This document shows positions 27,788 through 37,782 of a stretch of 64,000 nucleotides of DNA, piece after piece (the first letter of the stretch is position 1; each line of letters begins with the position of its first letter). The notes beneath the pieces were generated by a model. It was given only the letters and a program-made list of their open reading frames with translations. It searched no databases and was not told where the DNA came from. Made by a program: the position numbers and the translations under genes. The stretch covers positions 30,119 to 94,118 of the forward strand of contig JBBQXJ010000002.1 in the NCBI GenBank assembly GCA_038209745.1. The letters are read 5' to 3'. The DNA is from Verrucomicrobiota bacterium. GTDB lineage: Bacteria > Verrucomicrobiota > Verrucomicrobiia > Limisphaerales > CANJSG01.

Positions 27788-28375
27788 CCTGTATTTTCGG
27801 TTCCGCCGGAGAGTCCGTGAACGGTGGAAGTCGTTCCGCTCTCGCCGCGAGTGAACCGGTTGATGTGCCAGTTCAGCGGGGGGCTTGCGACTTTTTTCTT
27901 AGTGAGTGCGACCGCTTGAGGGATTGGATTCGTACCGGAAGATCTTCGGGCGTTTGCGCGTCACGGTTCGGTCGGGTGCGCCAGCCGACCTCCAGCGAGA
28001 CCTTGATGGGGCCGAGCACGAAGATGGGGAATGGCGCTTCGCAGATGGCCGATTCTCCCCCATGTTCTCCAGGAAGCGGCTTGTGATCGGGCGACAAATC
28101 GAGGGTCTGGCGGCGTATCTCTGGACACTCAAAGCTCGACCGAGACCCTGCTGACGCCCTGACCGTTCGGATTCGGGACCAGCGTGTCACGATCACTCCG
28201 CAAAGTTTTTTTGCAGTCGGCGTCTGTAGTGCTAGTCTGCTGAACAAAAGCGGTTTCGCCCCGCTTCGTCTTTTCCCCCGGCCGTAGCCGGTGGTCCTAC
28301 CAAGGGAATTCTTGGAGCCTGCGGGAAAAGAAAAAATGGGGGCGATATTTGAAAAACCAGAGAGAAAGCAACAAT

Positions 28376-28672
28376 ATGAGCACCACTGGCAACACACCGG
28401 ACGAAGTCCTGGCAACCATGCGGAACGCGGTTCGCGAATCCGAAGCATTGCTCGAAAGCACGGCCGGAGCCGTCGGCGAGGAAGCAGGAAAGCTCCGCGC
28501 GAAAATCCAAAAGGCGGGCGATTCGGCGAAGGCGGCGTGCCACCGGATCGAGGAAAAAGCGCTCGAAGGGGCGAGGGCAACGGACAAGGTGATCCGGTCA
28601 CATCCCTACGAGTCGATCGGCATTGCCTTTGGCGTCGGTCTTCTCATCGGTGTCCTCGTCACCCGCAAATAG
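28376..28672 (+). CDS. ElaB/YqjD/DUF883 family membrane-anchored ribosome-binding protein
   Basis: Helical body then ATDKVIRSHPYESIGIAFGVGLLIGVLVTRK. Confidence 0.9.
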   Translation: MSTTGNTPDEVLATMRNAVRESEALLESTAGAVGEEAGKLRAKIQKAGDSAKAACHRIEEKALEGARATDKVIRSHPYESIGIAFGVGLLIGVLVTRK

Positions 28673-28680
28673 GTTCTCCG

Positions 28681-29079
28681 ATGGACGGACCGGGAGATGA
28701 GAACCACGAGGGAATCGGAGCTTCCTTGAACCGGACTTTCGGGCACCTTCTGGACATAGTCCGGACTCGCACGGATCTGTTCGTTCTGGAGCTGCGGTTG
28801 GAGAAGGCGCGGCAGCTGGAGTGCATTCTGCTCTCCATCGTCGTGGGAGGATTGATCCTGCTTGGTGTCGGCGTTGTGAGCGTCGCGATCGTGATGCGAT
28901 TCTGGGACGAGGCGCCGTTGACCGCACTCGGCATTTTGGGCGGATTCTATTTGCTAGGTGCCGTGATCCTCTCCTTCCACCTTCGCCGGCGTTTGGCGCG
29001 ACACCAACCTTTCCGCCACACGCTGGAGGAATTGAAGAAAGACAAGTCATGCTTGGAAGATCCAAACAGCGAGAACTAG
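28681..29079 (+). CDS. YqjE/phage holin superfamily III membrane protein
   Basis: RTDLFVLELRLEK, two TMs, PFRHTLEELKKD; position after yqjD-like gene. Confidence 0.82.
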   Translation: MDGPGDENHEGIGASLNRTFGHLLDIVRTRTDLFVLELRLEKARQLECILLSIVVGGLILLGVGVVSVAIVMRFWDEAPLTALGILGGFYLLGAVILSFHLRRRLARHQPFRHTLEELKKDKSCLEDPNSEN

Positions 29080-29363
29080 AAGCCCGCTGCCTCGAACTTG
29101 TCCGGGACAGCGCCCGACAGCGGGTGGAATTGGCGGACGCCTGCCGCGAAGTGAAGGACCATTTCCGCTGGGTGGAGACCTTCCTTTCGGTCGCCAAGTC
29201 GAGCGGGCCTCTCCTCGTGGGAGCGGCGGGCGTGGCGGGTCTCTTGCTCGGTCGCGGACGAAAAGGTGGTATTATGTCGTGGATCCCGCGCTTGGATATT
29301 GGGGTGAAGGTCGTCGGATTTGTCCGCCAATTCCTTCGGGCTCGGAAGGAGCGCCTGCCTTGA
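29049..29363 (+). CDS. YqjK-like protein
   Basis: ELEAR..LV..S..QR..L pattern plus hydrophobic GxxG segment; third gene of a yqjD-E-K-like operon. Confidence 0.65.
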   Translation: MLGRSKQRELEARCLELVRDSARQRVELADACREVKDHFRWVETFLSVAKSSGPLLVGAAGVAGLLLGRGRKGGIMSWIPRLDIGVKVVGFVRQFLRARKERLP

Positions 29364-29412
29364 AGGAGGACTCGGGTTGAGATTTCTCGACGAACGACTA
29401 GCGTTCGGGTCC

Positions 29413-30687
29413 ATGCACATAGGCGTCGCTCCGGGTCGCGGTTGGCCGTTTCCACGTTTCGGTCTCGCGGCAGTCTTCTTTCTCGGGTTGCTCGGGTCGA
29501 TTTCCGGGAAAGCCCGTGCTGATTGGCCGCAGTTCTTGGGTCCCACCCGCGACGGGGTTGCTTCTTACACCAACGAGATTCCGGCTTGGACGGGCGACGG
29601 TCCAAGAATCCGCTGGAAGGTGGCGGTGGGCCAGGGTTTTGCCGGACCGGCCGTCGTCGGGGACACGGTCATTCTCTTCCACCGCAGGAACGACGAAGAG
29701 CGACTGGAGTCCTTCGACCGTGGGTCTGGGAAGTCCCGCTGGACGAACGCGGCGCCCACGCATTATCGGGATGATTTTGGTTTCGACGAAGGCCCGCGCG
29801 CCGTGCCTGCGGTCTCGGGCGGCAATGCGTTCTGTCTCGGAGCCGAGGGCCGGTTACGCTGTGTGGAACTCGACTCTGGCAAGACCCGGTGGGAGCACTC
29901 TTTGGAAGCGGAGATGAAGGCGGACAAGGGTTTCTTCGGGTTCGCCGCGTCGCCGCTGGTGGTCGGTGACCGGGTCATCGTCAATGTGGGCGGGAATGCA
30001 GGTCGGGGGATCGTGGCGTTCGACACGGCATCCGGAGAATTGCGTTGGAGCGCGACCGATCACGAAGCGGGTTATGCATCTCCGGTGTTGCTGACGAACG
30101 GTGGGCGGCCGCTGGTTCTTTGTTTTGATCGAGCCGGGCTTGTCGCCCTGGAGCCGGCGACCGGCGCCATTCGGTTTGAGGTGCCCTGGCGCTCGCGCTC
30201 CCATGCATCGGTCAACGCCGCGAATCCCGTTCTCTTCGACGACAAGATCTTCCTCACCGCCAGCTACGGCACTGGTGCCAAGCTCATGCGATTGGCATCC
30301 GGACCGCCCGAGGAAATTTGGTCGAACGACACGTCCCTCTCTTCCCACTACGTCACTCCGATCTTCTTCGACGGGTGCTTCTACGGCTTCCACGGTCGGC
30401 AGGAAACGGGTGCGGAATTCCGCTGTGTGGAGGCGGCGACCGGCAAAGTGCTCTGGAGCGAAGGCTCGGTGGCCATGGGTCAAATCGTGAGGCAGGGCGA
30501 CCAGTTGGTCGTCCTGACGCAGCAAGGGGAATTGCTTCTCATCCGCGCCGATCCGAAGCGGTGCGACATCCGGGCCCGTGCCCAGATTGTCGGGAGCGGA
30601 ACCCGGGCCGCCCCAGCCTTGGACCAAGGCTGCTTGTTCGCCCGCGACACCCGACAGTTGATCTGTGTGGAACTGCGGGAGAAGTGA
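29413..30687 (+). CDS. PQQ-like beta-propeller (BamB-like) secreted protein
   Basis: ADWPQFLGPTRDG N-terminus and repeated GKxxW docking motifs. Confidence 0.88.
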   Translation: MHIGVAPGRGWPFPRFGLAAVFFLGLLGSISGKARADWPQFLGPTRDGVASYTNEIPAWTGDGPRIRWKVAVGQGFAGPAVVGDTVILFHRRNDEERLESFDRGSGKSRWTNAAPTHYRDDFGFDEGPRAVPAVSGGNAFCLGAEGRLRCVELDSGKTRWEHSLEAEMKADKGFFGFAASPLVVGDRVIVNVGGNAGRGIVAFDTASGELRWSATDHEAGYASPVLLTNGGRPLVLCFDRAGLVALEPATGAIRFEVPWRSRSHASVNAANPVLFDDKIFLTASYGTGAKLMRLASGPPEEIWSNDTSLSSHYVTPIFFDGCFYGFHGRQETGAEFRCVEAATGKVLWSEGSVAMGQIVRQGDQLVVLTQQGELLLIRADPKRCDIRARAQIVGSGTRAAPALDQGCLFARDTRQLICVELREK

Positions 30688-30704
30688 GGAGTGCGAGGGA
30701 GCGT

Positions 30705-31421
30705 CTACTGGGGCCGCTTGCGCCCGGCCCAACCCGCCAACAATCCCAAGGCCACCAAACTCCCGGTTGCCGGTTCCGGCACCACCACCGCGATGTGCGA
30801 CATTTCGAACTGCGACTGGGCTTGGGTTGTGTCGTCGCCGAAGAACAGGAAACTCTGCTGGGCGTAGACCGGGTTCATGCTCGGGGAATAGTCCTTCACG
30901 GCTCCGGTCAGCAGGGTGGTTGCTCCGGTGGTCAGGGTGTAGGTGCCGCCCGTGATGTTCAGGTCGTATTGCAGGAGGCTCGATCTGGTGTCGGCGCTGA
31001 CTCCGGTGCCATGGGTAAAGCCGACGTTCTGCTCCCAGATCTCATTCTCCCAGAACGCAAGTTCGACCCCCTGATGGTCGCTGCCGAGCGCGATGACGCT
31101 GAATCCGGCGCGGTCGTTGCCTCCATGGCTTTCAGAAAGCACCTTGATCGTGAAGCTCACGGTGAATCCCGCCGTGCGATCGAGCACGGGGATGGAACTC
31201 GGCGAGCCGGCCTTGCCCGAGTAGCCTGCGGAGATGCCGGAGTTCGATATCGTGTCGAGAATGACCGAGGAACCGGTCAGGGTCTCGGAAGCGCCCGAAG
31301 GCACCGAAAGATAGCTCATGCCCTGCGTTGTTGGGCTGGTGCCGAGGGATCCGTCATAGACGGTGGCGGCGCCGACCGGGATCGCGGCGAACGACAGAAG
31401 AATCAGGGGGCGGAGTGACAT
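30705..31421 (-). CDS. PEP-CTERM protein (choice-of-anchor Y-like domain)
   Basis: Signal peptide; DRAGFSVI..GVELAFW..FLFFGDDT; C-terminal VPEP-TM-RKR. Confidence 0.88.
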   Translation of the reverse strand: MSLRPLILLSFAAIPVGAATVYDGSLGTSPTTQGMSYLSVPSGASETLTGSSVILDTISNSGISAGYSGKAGSPSSIPVLDRTAGFTVSFTIKVLSESHGGNDRAGFSVIALGSDHQGVELAFWENEIWEQNVGFTHGTGVSADTRSSLLQYDLNITGGTYTLTTGATTLLTGAVKDYSPSMNPVYAQQSFLFFGDDTTQAQSQFEMSHIAVVVPEPATGSLVALGLLAGWAGRKRPQ

Positions 31422-31502
31422 GCGCGGAGGAAACCAGAACCCACCCGAGCCTGTGAAGCTTTCAGTGGCACGACGATGGCCGACATCGCTACCGTCCAAT
31501 CC

Positions 31503-32360
31503 ATGGACACCCATCAAGATCGAACAGTCTGGGTCACCGGTGCCGCCGGGTTGATCGGAGGCGAGCTGGTGAAGACCGCACCGGCGGGTATCCGGGTCGT
31601 GGCGCTCACCCGGCACGAGGTCGATCTGACCGACTCCGAGTCCGTCCGGGCGGCTATGCTCCGGGATCGTCCCTCCTTGATCCTCCATTCCGCAGCGCTT
31701 TCCAAGCCGTCCGATTGCCAGAGCGATCCGGCGTTGGCCCGCCGGGTCAACGTGGAGGCCACGCGGCGGTTGTGCGCTTTGGCGGGCGATGCTCCGGTAT
31801 GGTTTCTCTCCACTGATCTCGTTTTCGACGGAAGGAAAGGCGGTTACTCGGAAGAAGATCCAGTGAGCCCGGTCAACCTCTATGGCGACACCAAGGTGGA
31901 GGCCGAAGACGCCGTCCTCCAAAACCCGCGCAACGCCGTTTTCCGGCTTTCTATGAACGGCGGCGTGTCGGCCCGCGGCGACCGGGGCTTCAACGAGGAG
32001 TTTCGCCTGTCGCTGGATCAAGGCCGGCCGTTGAGCCTCTTCAAGGACGAGTTTCGCTGTCCCATCGCCGCGTCCTGGACGGCGCGAACGCTCTGGAGCC
32101 TGGTCGGCTTGCCGGACGTGGGCGGCATTTTCCATCTGTGTGGCGGACAAAAACTGTCGCGGTTCGAGATCGGCCAGATCCTCGTTCGTCGCTGGGGCCG
32201 CGACGAATCCCAGCTGGTCGCGGGGTCGGTCCACGGCTACCAGGGCCCGCCGCGTTCACCGGACACTTCGATGATCACAGCCAAGCTGGAGGCGCTGATG
32301 GGCATCCGTTTTCCTGGCCTCAGGGAATGGCTGGATCAAAACCCGGGCGTGTCCTTCTGA
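31503..32360 (+). CDS. dTDP-4-dehydrorhamnose reductase (RmlD)-family SDR
   Basis: TGAAGLIG, STDLVFDG, YGDTK. Confidence 0.87.
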   Translation: MDTHQDRTVWVTGAAGLIGGELVKTAPAGIRVVALTRHEVDLTDSESVRAAMLRDRPSLILHSAALSKPSDCQSDPALARRVNVEATRRLCALAGDAPVWFLSTDLVFDGRKGGYSEEDPVSPVNLYGDTKVEAEDAVLQNPRNAVFRLSMNGGVSARGDRGFNEEFRLSLDQGRPLSLFKDEFRCPIAASWTARTLWSLVGLPDVGGIFHLCGGQKLSRFEIGQILVRRWGRDESQLVAGSVHGYQGPPRSPDTSMITAKLEALMGIRFPGLREWLDQNPGVSF

Positions 32361-32374
32361 GCCCGGTCGCGAAC

Positions 32375-33229
32375 GTGCCGGTGGCAGCCAACAGCTACGT
32401 CGGACGAATCGCTCCGTCGCCGACAGGACTGCTCCACCTGGGCCACGCCCGCACGTTCCGCATCGCGGAGCAACGGGCCCTTGCGGTCGGGGGACGCTTG
32501 GTTCTGCGGATCGAGGATCTGGACGGGCCACGCTGCAAACCGGAGTTCGTCGCCGCCTGTCTGGAGGATCTGCGTTGGCTCGGGCTCGACTGGGACGAAG
32601 GTCCCGACGTGGGCGGCCCCCACGCGCCCTACGAACAGAGCCGCCGGATGGATCTCTACCGAGAGCCGTTCGAGCGGCTTCGTCGGAGCGGTTGCCTCTA
32701 TCCCTGCAACTGCTCGCGCAAGGACATCGTGGCCGCCCTCTCGGCGCCGCACGAAAGCGACGAGGAACCGGTCTACCCTGGCACGTGCCGGAACCGCGCC
32801 GTCACAGCGGGGGAGAGGGTGTCCTGGCGTTTCCGCGTTCCCGACGGTGAGGCGGTCACGTTCATCGACGGGAACCTCGGCCCCCGCAGCTTCGTGGCCG
32901 GACGCGACTTCGGCGACTTCCTCGTCTGGCGGCACGACGGCATTCCCAGCTACCAACTCGCGGTGGTGACCGACGACGCGCTCATGGGCGTGACCGAAGT
33001 CGTGCGTGGCGAAGACCTGCTCGTTTCGACCGCGCGCCAGTTGCTGCTCTATCGGGCGCTCGGCTGGAGTCCTCCCGCGTTTTATCACTGCGAATTGATG
33101 CGGGACGAAGACGGCATCCGTCTGGCCAAGCGCCACGCGTCGCTCAGCCTGCGCGCCCTGCGGGAGCAGGGCGCGACACCGGCTGAATTGCTCGCGCGAT
33201 TTCAGACGAAGCTTGAGGGCCCGCAGTGA
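32375..33229 (+). CDS. gluQ: glutamyl-Q tRNA(Asp) synthetase
   Basis: GRIAPSPTGLLHLGH, RIEDLD, CNCSR..YPGTC Zn site, RGEDL, RLAKR; lacks anticodon domain. Confidence 0.92.
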   Translation: MPVAANSYVGRIAPSPTGLLHLGHARTFRIAEQRALAVGGRLVLRIEDLDGPRCKPEFVAACLEDLRWLGLDWDEGPDVGGPHAPYEQSRRMDLYREPFERLRRSGCLYPCNCSRKDIVAALSAPHESDEEPVYPGTCRNRAVTAGERVSWRFRVPDGEAVTFIDGNLGPRSFVAGRDFGDFLVWRHDGIPSYQLAVVTDDALMGVTEVVRGEDLLVSTARQLLLYRALGWSPPAFYHCELMRDEDGIRLAKRHASLSLRALREQGATPAELLARFQTKLEGPQ

Positions 33230-33239
33230 ACACCGGCAT

Positions 33240-33690
33240 GTGTCGCCGCGTTTGAGGCGCTGGTTGCCATCGGCGTCTTCGACCGCGCGATGCTCGACTG
33301 ATGGGACGATGGCGCGGACCACGAACCGCGAACTGCGGGCCAAAGCCGTTCGGCCCACCCTCGGCGAAGACGCTTTGATCTCGGCCAACGCCAATGATCG
33401 CCGGACCCAAAAAACCGCTCCGCTGCTAAACGGCTCCTTCATGGAATGCTGGCGCAGCATGGCGCCGGAAGAATGGAATCAAAGCGGCGAGACGCTCCGC
33501 TGGGCCGCAGCGTATCTCCCTCGCCCGCGCGTCGACTGCGTGGAGACCTGGTTCCACAAATCCCGCGCCGACCCAATCCGCTTGGGCTCCGCCAAGACGG
33601 CGGCGTTGACCAGTCCGACGGCGGCTGGCGGCGTCACTTCGAGAACCGCCTCGTGGTCTACATTCCCCCCGGGAAGTCGCCGGTCTTCGT
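33240..33690 (+). pseudogene. putative glycoside hydrolase (GHL15-like) remnant
   Basis: Across frames: GVFDRAMLD*WDD (TGA 33299-33301), LGEDALISANANDR..LNGSFMEC..PRVDCVETW, then DGGWRRHFENRLVVYIPPG. Family recalled, not searched. Confidence 0.5.
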
Positions 33691-33843
33691 TCAGACGGCG
33701 CTCGACTTCTGGAGTCTCGGACGAGGCAAGGTATCGTCTTCCCATTTTGTTGTTACCGGCGATGGGGACATTTTGCCGAAATCCGGCCTAGAGAAGTGAG
33801 ATTTGATCGCCAGTTCGAGGCCAGTCAGGGCAGGGGACTTGGC

Positions 33844-34392
33844 TCAGGCTGACGGCTGGGCGTCGTCATGGAATTTCCCGAGCAGCCGCCCGTAGACCGC
33901 CGGTGGCACGTATTTCTGAACGATGGGCTCCCAGCCTTCCGGTCCGATCAATCCCTTGACCATGCTGGAGCTGACTTCCGCGATGTCGCGCGGGGGCATG
34001 AGGAAGACGCTGGTGATGCCCGGCTCCAGATCCCCGTTCAGGTTCCGCATTGTCCGCTCATACTCGAAGTCGCTGGGCGACCGGATGCCGCGCAGGACGT
34101 GCGTCGCGCCGATGGTCCGGGCGTAGTGGATGAGGAACTGTGCGCCGAAGCTCGAGATCTGGACGCCGGGCAGGTGGCGGGTCGATTCGCCCAGCAGCTC
34201 GAGACGCTCTTCCACGCTGAAGGTCGGTTTCTTGTTCGGGTTGATGCCGATGGCCACGGTGAGGTGGTCGAAGAGCAGGACTCCCTGTTCGATCATCCAC
34301 AGGTGGCCGATGGTCAGGGGATCGAACGTGCCGGCGTAGACGGCGCGTCGGGTGTTGCTGGAATCTGATGTTCGGTCGCGCGGCGCCATCAT
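33844..34392 (-). CDS. coaD: pantetheine-phosphate adenylyltransferase
   Basis: AVYAGTFDPLTIGH, NPNKK, LRGIR..DFEYE, VSSSMVK. Confidence 0.95.
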   Translation of the reverse strand: MMAPRDRTSDSSNTRRAVYAGTFDPLTIGHLWMIEQGVLLFDHLTVAIGINPNKKPTFSVEERLELLGESTRHLPGVQISSFGAQFLIHYARTIGATHVLRGIRSPSDFEYERTMRNLNGDLEPGITSVFLMPPRDIAEVSSSMVKGLIGPEGWEPIVQKYVPPAVYGRLLGKFHDDAQPSA

Positions 34393-34438
34393 GGGTGCTG
34401 CTTTGTGACTGGGATCGGCCCGGTGGGCAAGCGTCCGA

Positions 34439-34620
34439 GTGTCCGTTGTGGGTGGAAAGTCCTCGTGGTCGGCCACCTTCCACACCTCCCCCGTCAAGCT
34501 CACCGAGACGGACACCCTCTACTGCTTCGACGGCATCGAGGTCTTCCGGCATCCGTCGGGCACGATCACGAAGACGGAACCGTTCTGGTTCCTCGTGAAC
34601 TACGCCGTCGGCGGGAAGGC
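34439..34620 (+). pseudogene. GH16 glycoside hydrolase C-terminal fragment
   Basis: WSATFHT...YCFDGIEV...PFWFLVNYAVGG matches GH16 C-terminal strands; no ExDxxE N-terminal part. Confidence 0.55.
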
Positions 34621-34809
34621 GCATTGGGCAGGACGGCGGGCTTGGTCTTCGGTTCTGGTGTCAGGAGAATTGGATGCCTTGTCCGATCTTCCGGAGAGGC
34701 CCAGTGTCTGAGGTTTGTCGTCCCCGCATAGCCCGCTGGCGGCGTTGGAGCTTGCCGGCCAGGAGCTGCGCCGGGATTGGAAGAACATCGGTCAAACCCG
34801 CTCTCAAAA

Positions 34810-36369
34810 ATGAACCCGCTTTCCTACGGCTTCCGTCTCTCCTTCTTCTTCGTCGCGCTCCTGGCCTCCCGGCTCTTTGCCACGGCCGCTGACGCTGCGG
34901 TGCGCCCCAACATCGTCTACATTCTCGCGGACGACATGGGCGTGGGCGACGTCTCGGCATTGAATCCGCAGAGCGCGTGGAAGACCCCGAACATCGATCG
35001 TCTGGCGAAAGAGGGCATGGCCTTCAGCGACGCTCACAGCAGCTCGGCCGTCTGCACCCCGTCGCGTTACAGCATTCTGACCGGTCGTTATGCGTGGCGG
35101 AGCCGCTTGAAGTCGGGCGTGGGCGGTGGCGTATCGGCGTCGTTGATCGAGCCCGGCCGGTTGACCGTCGCCTCGTTCCTGCGGAAAGAGGGCTACACCA
35201 CGACGGCCCTCGGAAAGTGGCATCTCGGGTTGGACTGGGCCCAGGCGCCGGATGTGGAAACCAAGACCCCTCCGGTGAGGCGCGTGGACTATTCAAAGCC
35301 GTTCAGCGGAGGTCCGTTGGACTGCGGCTTCGACCATTTCTTCGGCGTGAGCGCGTCGCTCGACATGCCGCCCTATACTTGGCTGCGCGATGATCGCGCC
35401 GAGCTGCTGCCGTCCCGGGAGATCGAGGCCGGGAAATCGCCGGCCTATTGGCGGGCCGGACCGGTGGCCAAGGGCTTCGCCCACGTGGACGTCCTCGGCC
35501 GGCTGTCGGAGGAAGCGGAGAGGACCCTCGCCGGACAGACGAACGGCAAGCCGTTCTTCCTCTATCTGGCGTTGACCGCGCCGCATACCCCGATCGTGCC
35601 CTCGCCGGAATTCAAGGGCCGCACCAAGACCACCGACTACGGCGACTTCTGCTACCAGGTGGACGACGTGGTGGGTCGCGTGTTGGCCGCCCTCGTGCGG
35701 CAACATCTGGAGACTAATACCCTCGTGGTCTTCACCGCCGACAATGGCTGCAGCCCCGAGGCCAACTTCGCCGAGCTCCGCAAGTTCCACCACGATCCGC
35801 AGGCCGGGATGCGCGGGGCCAAGGCCGACATCTACGAGGGCGGCCACCGCGTGCCGTTCATCGTCCGCTGGCCGGGCAAGGTCGCCGCCGGTCGTCTTAG
35901 CTCGGAGACGATTTGCCAGTCCGATTTGCTGGCCACTTGCGCCGAGCTTTTGGGTCGGAGGCTGCCGGTCAATAGTGCGGAGGACAGCGTCAGTCTCCTC
36001 CCGGAACTCCTGGGCCAGGCGCACGCGGCGCCGTTGCGCGACGCCATCGTCCATCATTCCATCCACGGTGATTTCGCCATCCGTCAGGGCGACTGGAAGC
36101 TGTGTCTCTGTCCCGGTTCCGGTGGCTGGAGCGCGCCCAGACCCGGTGCGGAACCGGCCGATGCGCCGCCCTTCCAGCTGTTCAATCTCGCGGCCGATCC
36201 GGCGGAGAAGAACAACGTGGCCGCCGCCAACCCGGAGATCGTCCAGCGCCTCGGTCGGCTCATGAAACGCTACGTCGACAACGGCCGCAGCACGGCTGGG
36301 GAACGCCAGGCGAACGCCTCCGTGAAGCGCTGGCCCGAAGTGGACTGGATGGCGAAGTTCAAGGAGTGA
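34810..36369 (+). CDS. arylsulfatase A family sulfatase (Cys-type)
   Basis: PNIVYILADDMG, CTPSRYSILTG, GKWHLG, YEGGHRVP. Confidence 0.95.
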   Translation: MNPLSYGFRLSFFFVALLASRLFATAADAAVRPNIVYILADDMGVGDVSALNPQSAWKTPNIDRLAKEGMAFSDAHSSSAVCTPSRYSILTGRYAWRSRLKSGVGGGVSASLIEPGRLTVASFLRKEGYTTTALGKWHLGLDWAQAPDVETKTPPVRRVDYSKPFSGGPLDCGFDHFFGVSASLDMPPYTWLRDDRAELLPSREIEAGKSPAYWRAGPVAKGFAHVDVLGRLSEEAERTLAGQTNGKPFFLYLALTAPHTPIVPSPEFKGRTKTTDYGDFCYQVDDVVGRVLAALVRQHLETNTLVVFTADNGCSPEANFAELRKFHHDPQAGMRGAKADIYEGGHRVPFIVRWPGKVAAGRLSSETICQSDLLATCAELLGRRLPVNSAEDSVSLLPELLGQAHAAPLRDAIVHHSIHGDFAIRQGDWKLCLCPGSGGWSAPRPGAEPADAPPFQLFNLAADPAEKNNVAAANPEIVQRLGRLMKRYVDNGRSTAGERQANASVKRWPEVDWMAKFKE

Positions 36370-36461
36370 GCCGAAGGAGGGGCCCGTTCGTTGGCCGAAA
36401 TCGCCGGGCCCCGGCTCTTCGATCTGGTCGGAAGGCCTCGGGTGCTTCTAGCTTCTCGCAC

Positions 36462-37700
36462 ATGCCTCCCCGCTTTCCGCTTTTGTTCCTAGCCCTGGTC
36501 CTGGCGATGGCGCCGGGGGTCTCCGCTGCCGACTACTTCCCGCCGCCGGACAGTGCCGACGGTTGGCGCGTGGCGAAAACTGCCGCCGAGGTGCGGCAGT
36601 TGGCGGGATTGGATTCCGCCGCGTTGGACCGCGCCGCCGACTTCACCGAGCGCTGCACGCAGAACGGCGGGTTGCTGGTCGTGCGGCACGGGTATCTCGC
36701 GGTTGAACGCTACTTCGGCCGCGCCGGGCGCAAGGTTAACCCCGACATGGCGTCCACCGGCAAGGCCTACACCAGCATCGCCTGCGGCATCATGCTCCAG
36801 GAGTTCCGCGACAAGATCCCCGACGGCCTCGCCACGAAGGTCTTCACCGAGAAGTTCCTGCCCGAAGCCCTGCCGCTGGACGATCCGCGCCGCGCCGAGA
36901 TCACGCTCGGCCAACTGCTCTCCATGTCCGCCGGTTATTGGGGCGAAGGCGGCGCGCCCACGGCGGTGGTCGATGGGAAGGCGCAGCAGTTGAAGGCAGT
37001 CCCCGGTCAGAACATCCGCGATCTCGACCAGTCGTCGTTGAAGGTGCCGCTGTGGACCGATCCCGGTGCCGGTTACTCCTACTCGTCGCCCTCGCCGCAT
37101 GTCGCCAGCATCGTGCTGCGGCACGTCACCGGGATGGAGCTGCAGGACTACATCGACGAGCGCCTGGCCAAGCCGATGGGCTGGGGACCGTGGGGCTATT
37201 GTCTCAACCGGGGCGGCTTCCGGATGCCTCACGCCAACGGCGCCGGCAGCATCGCCGTCCATGCGACCGACGCGCTCCGGTTCGGCTACTGCCTCCTGCA
37301 CCGGGGTGAATGGGCGGGGAAGCAGCTCGTGCCGGCCGACTACGTGGCCAAGTGCGGCCAGCCGTCGCCGTTCAATCCGCACACGCCCTTCAGCCTTCAG
37401 TTCGAGGACAACGCCGACGCGCATGTGGCCGGGGCGCCGCGCGATGCCTTCTGGAAGTCCGGCGCGGGCGGCTTCGGCCTGATCATCGTGCCGTCGCTCG
37501 ATCTGGTGATCTACAAGCTGGGCGGCAACAACGGACAATACGATCCGACCCTGACCGACGTGCCCCAGCCCAAGGACGTGGACACCTCGCGTGACGACTG
37601 GAAGCCGATTGCCCGGACCCCGTTCAATGAAGGCAGCCTCGGCGGCGACGACGGGCTGCGCCGCGTGCTGGAGCTGGTCAGCGGCGCGGTGCGGGATTGA
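36462..37700 (+). CDS. secreted serine hydrolase, AmpC/beta-lactamase family
   Basis: Signal peptide; ASTGK (SxxK), ITLGQLLSMSAG, PGAGYSYS (YxS). Confidence 0.87.
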   Translation: MPPRFPLLFLALVLAMAPGVSAADYFPPPDSADGWRVAKTAAEVRQLAGLDSAALDRAADFTERCTQNGGLLVVRHGYLAVERYFGRAGRKVNPDMASTGKAYTSIACGIMLQEFRDKIPDGLATKVFTEKFLPEALPLDDPRRAEITLGQLLSMSAGYWGEGGAPTAVVDGKAQQLKAVPGQNIRDLDQSSLKVPLWTDPGAGYSYSSPSPHVASIVLRHVTGMELQDYIDERLAKPMGWGPWGYCLNRGGFRMPHANGAGSIAVHATDALRFGYCLLHRGEWAGKQLVPADYVAKCGQPSPFNPHTPFSLQFEDNADAHVAGAPRDAFWKSGAGGFGLIIVPSLDLVIYKLGGNNGQYDPTLTDVPQPKDVDTSRDDWKPIARTPFNEGSLGGDDGLRRVLELVSGAVRD

Positions 37701-37782
37701 AGGTGGCGAACACCCGTTCGCCGCTACGGGGGCGAATCGGCTTTGATCTTGTGTTGCAAGGGCGGTTGGAAATGCTTCCTGG

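Noticed and set aside
27906-28154. 82-aa ORF upstream of hisG
   Set aside because: Plausible but no motif, RBS or family recognised; needs a homology search.
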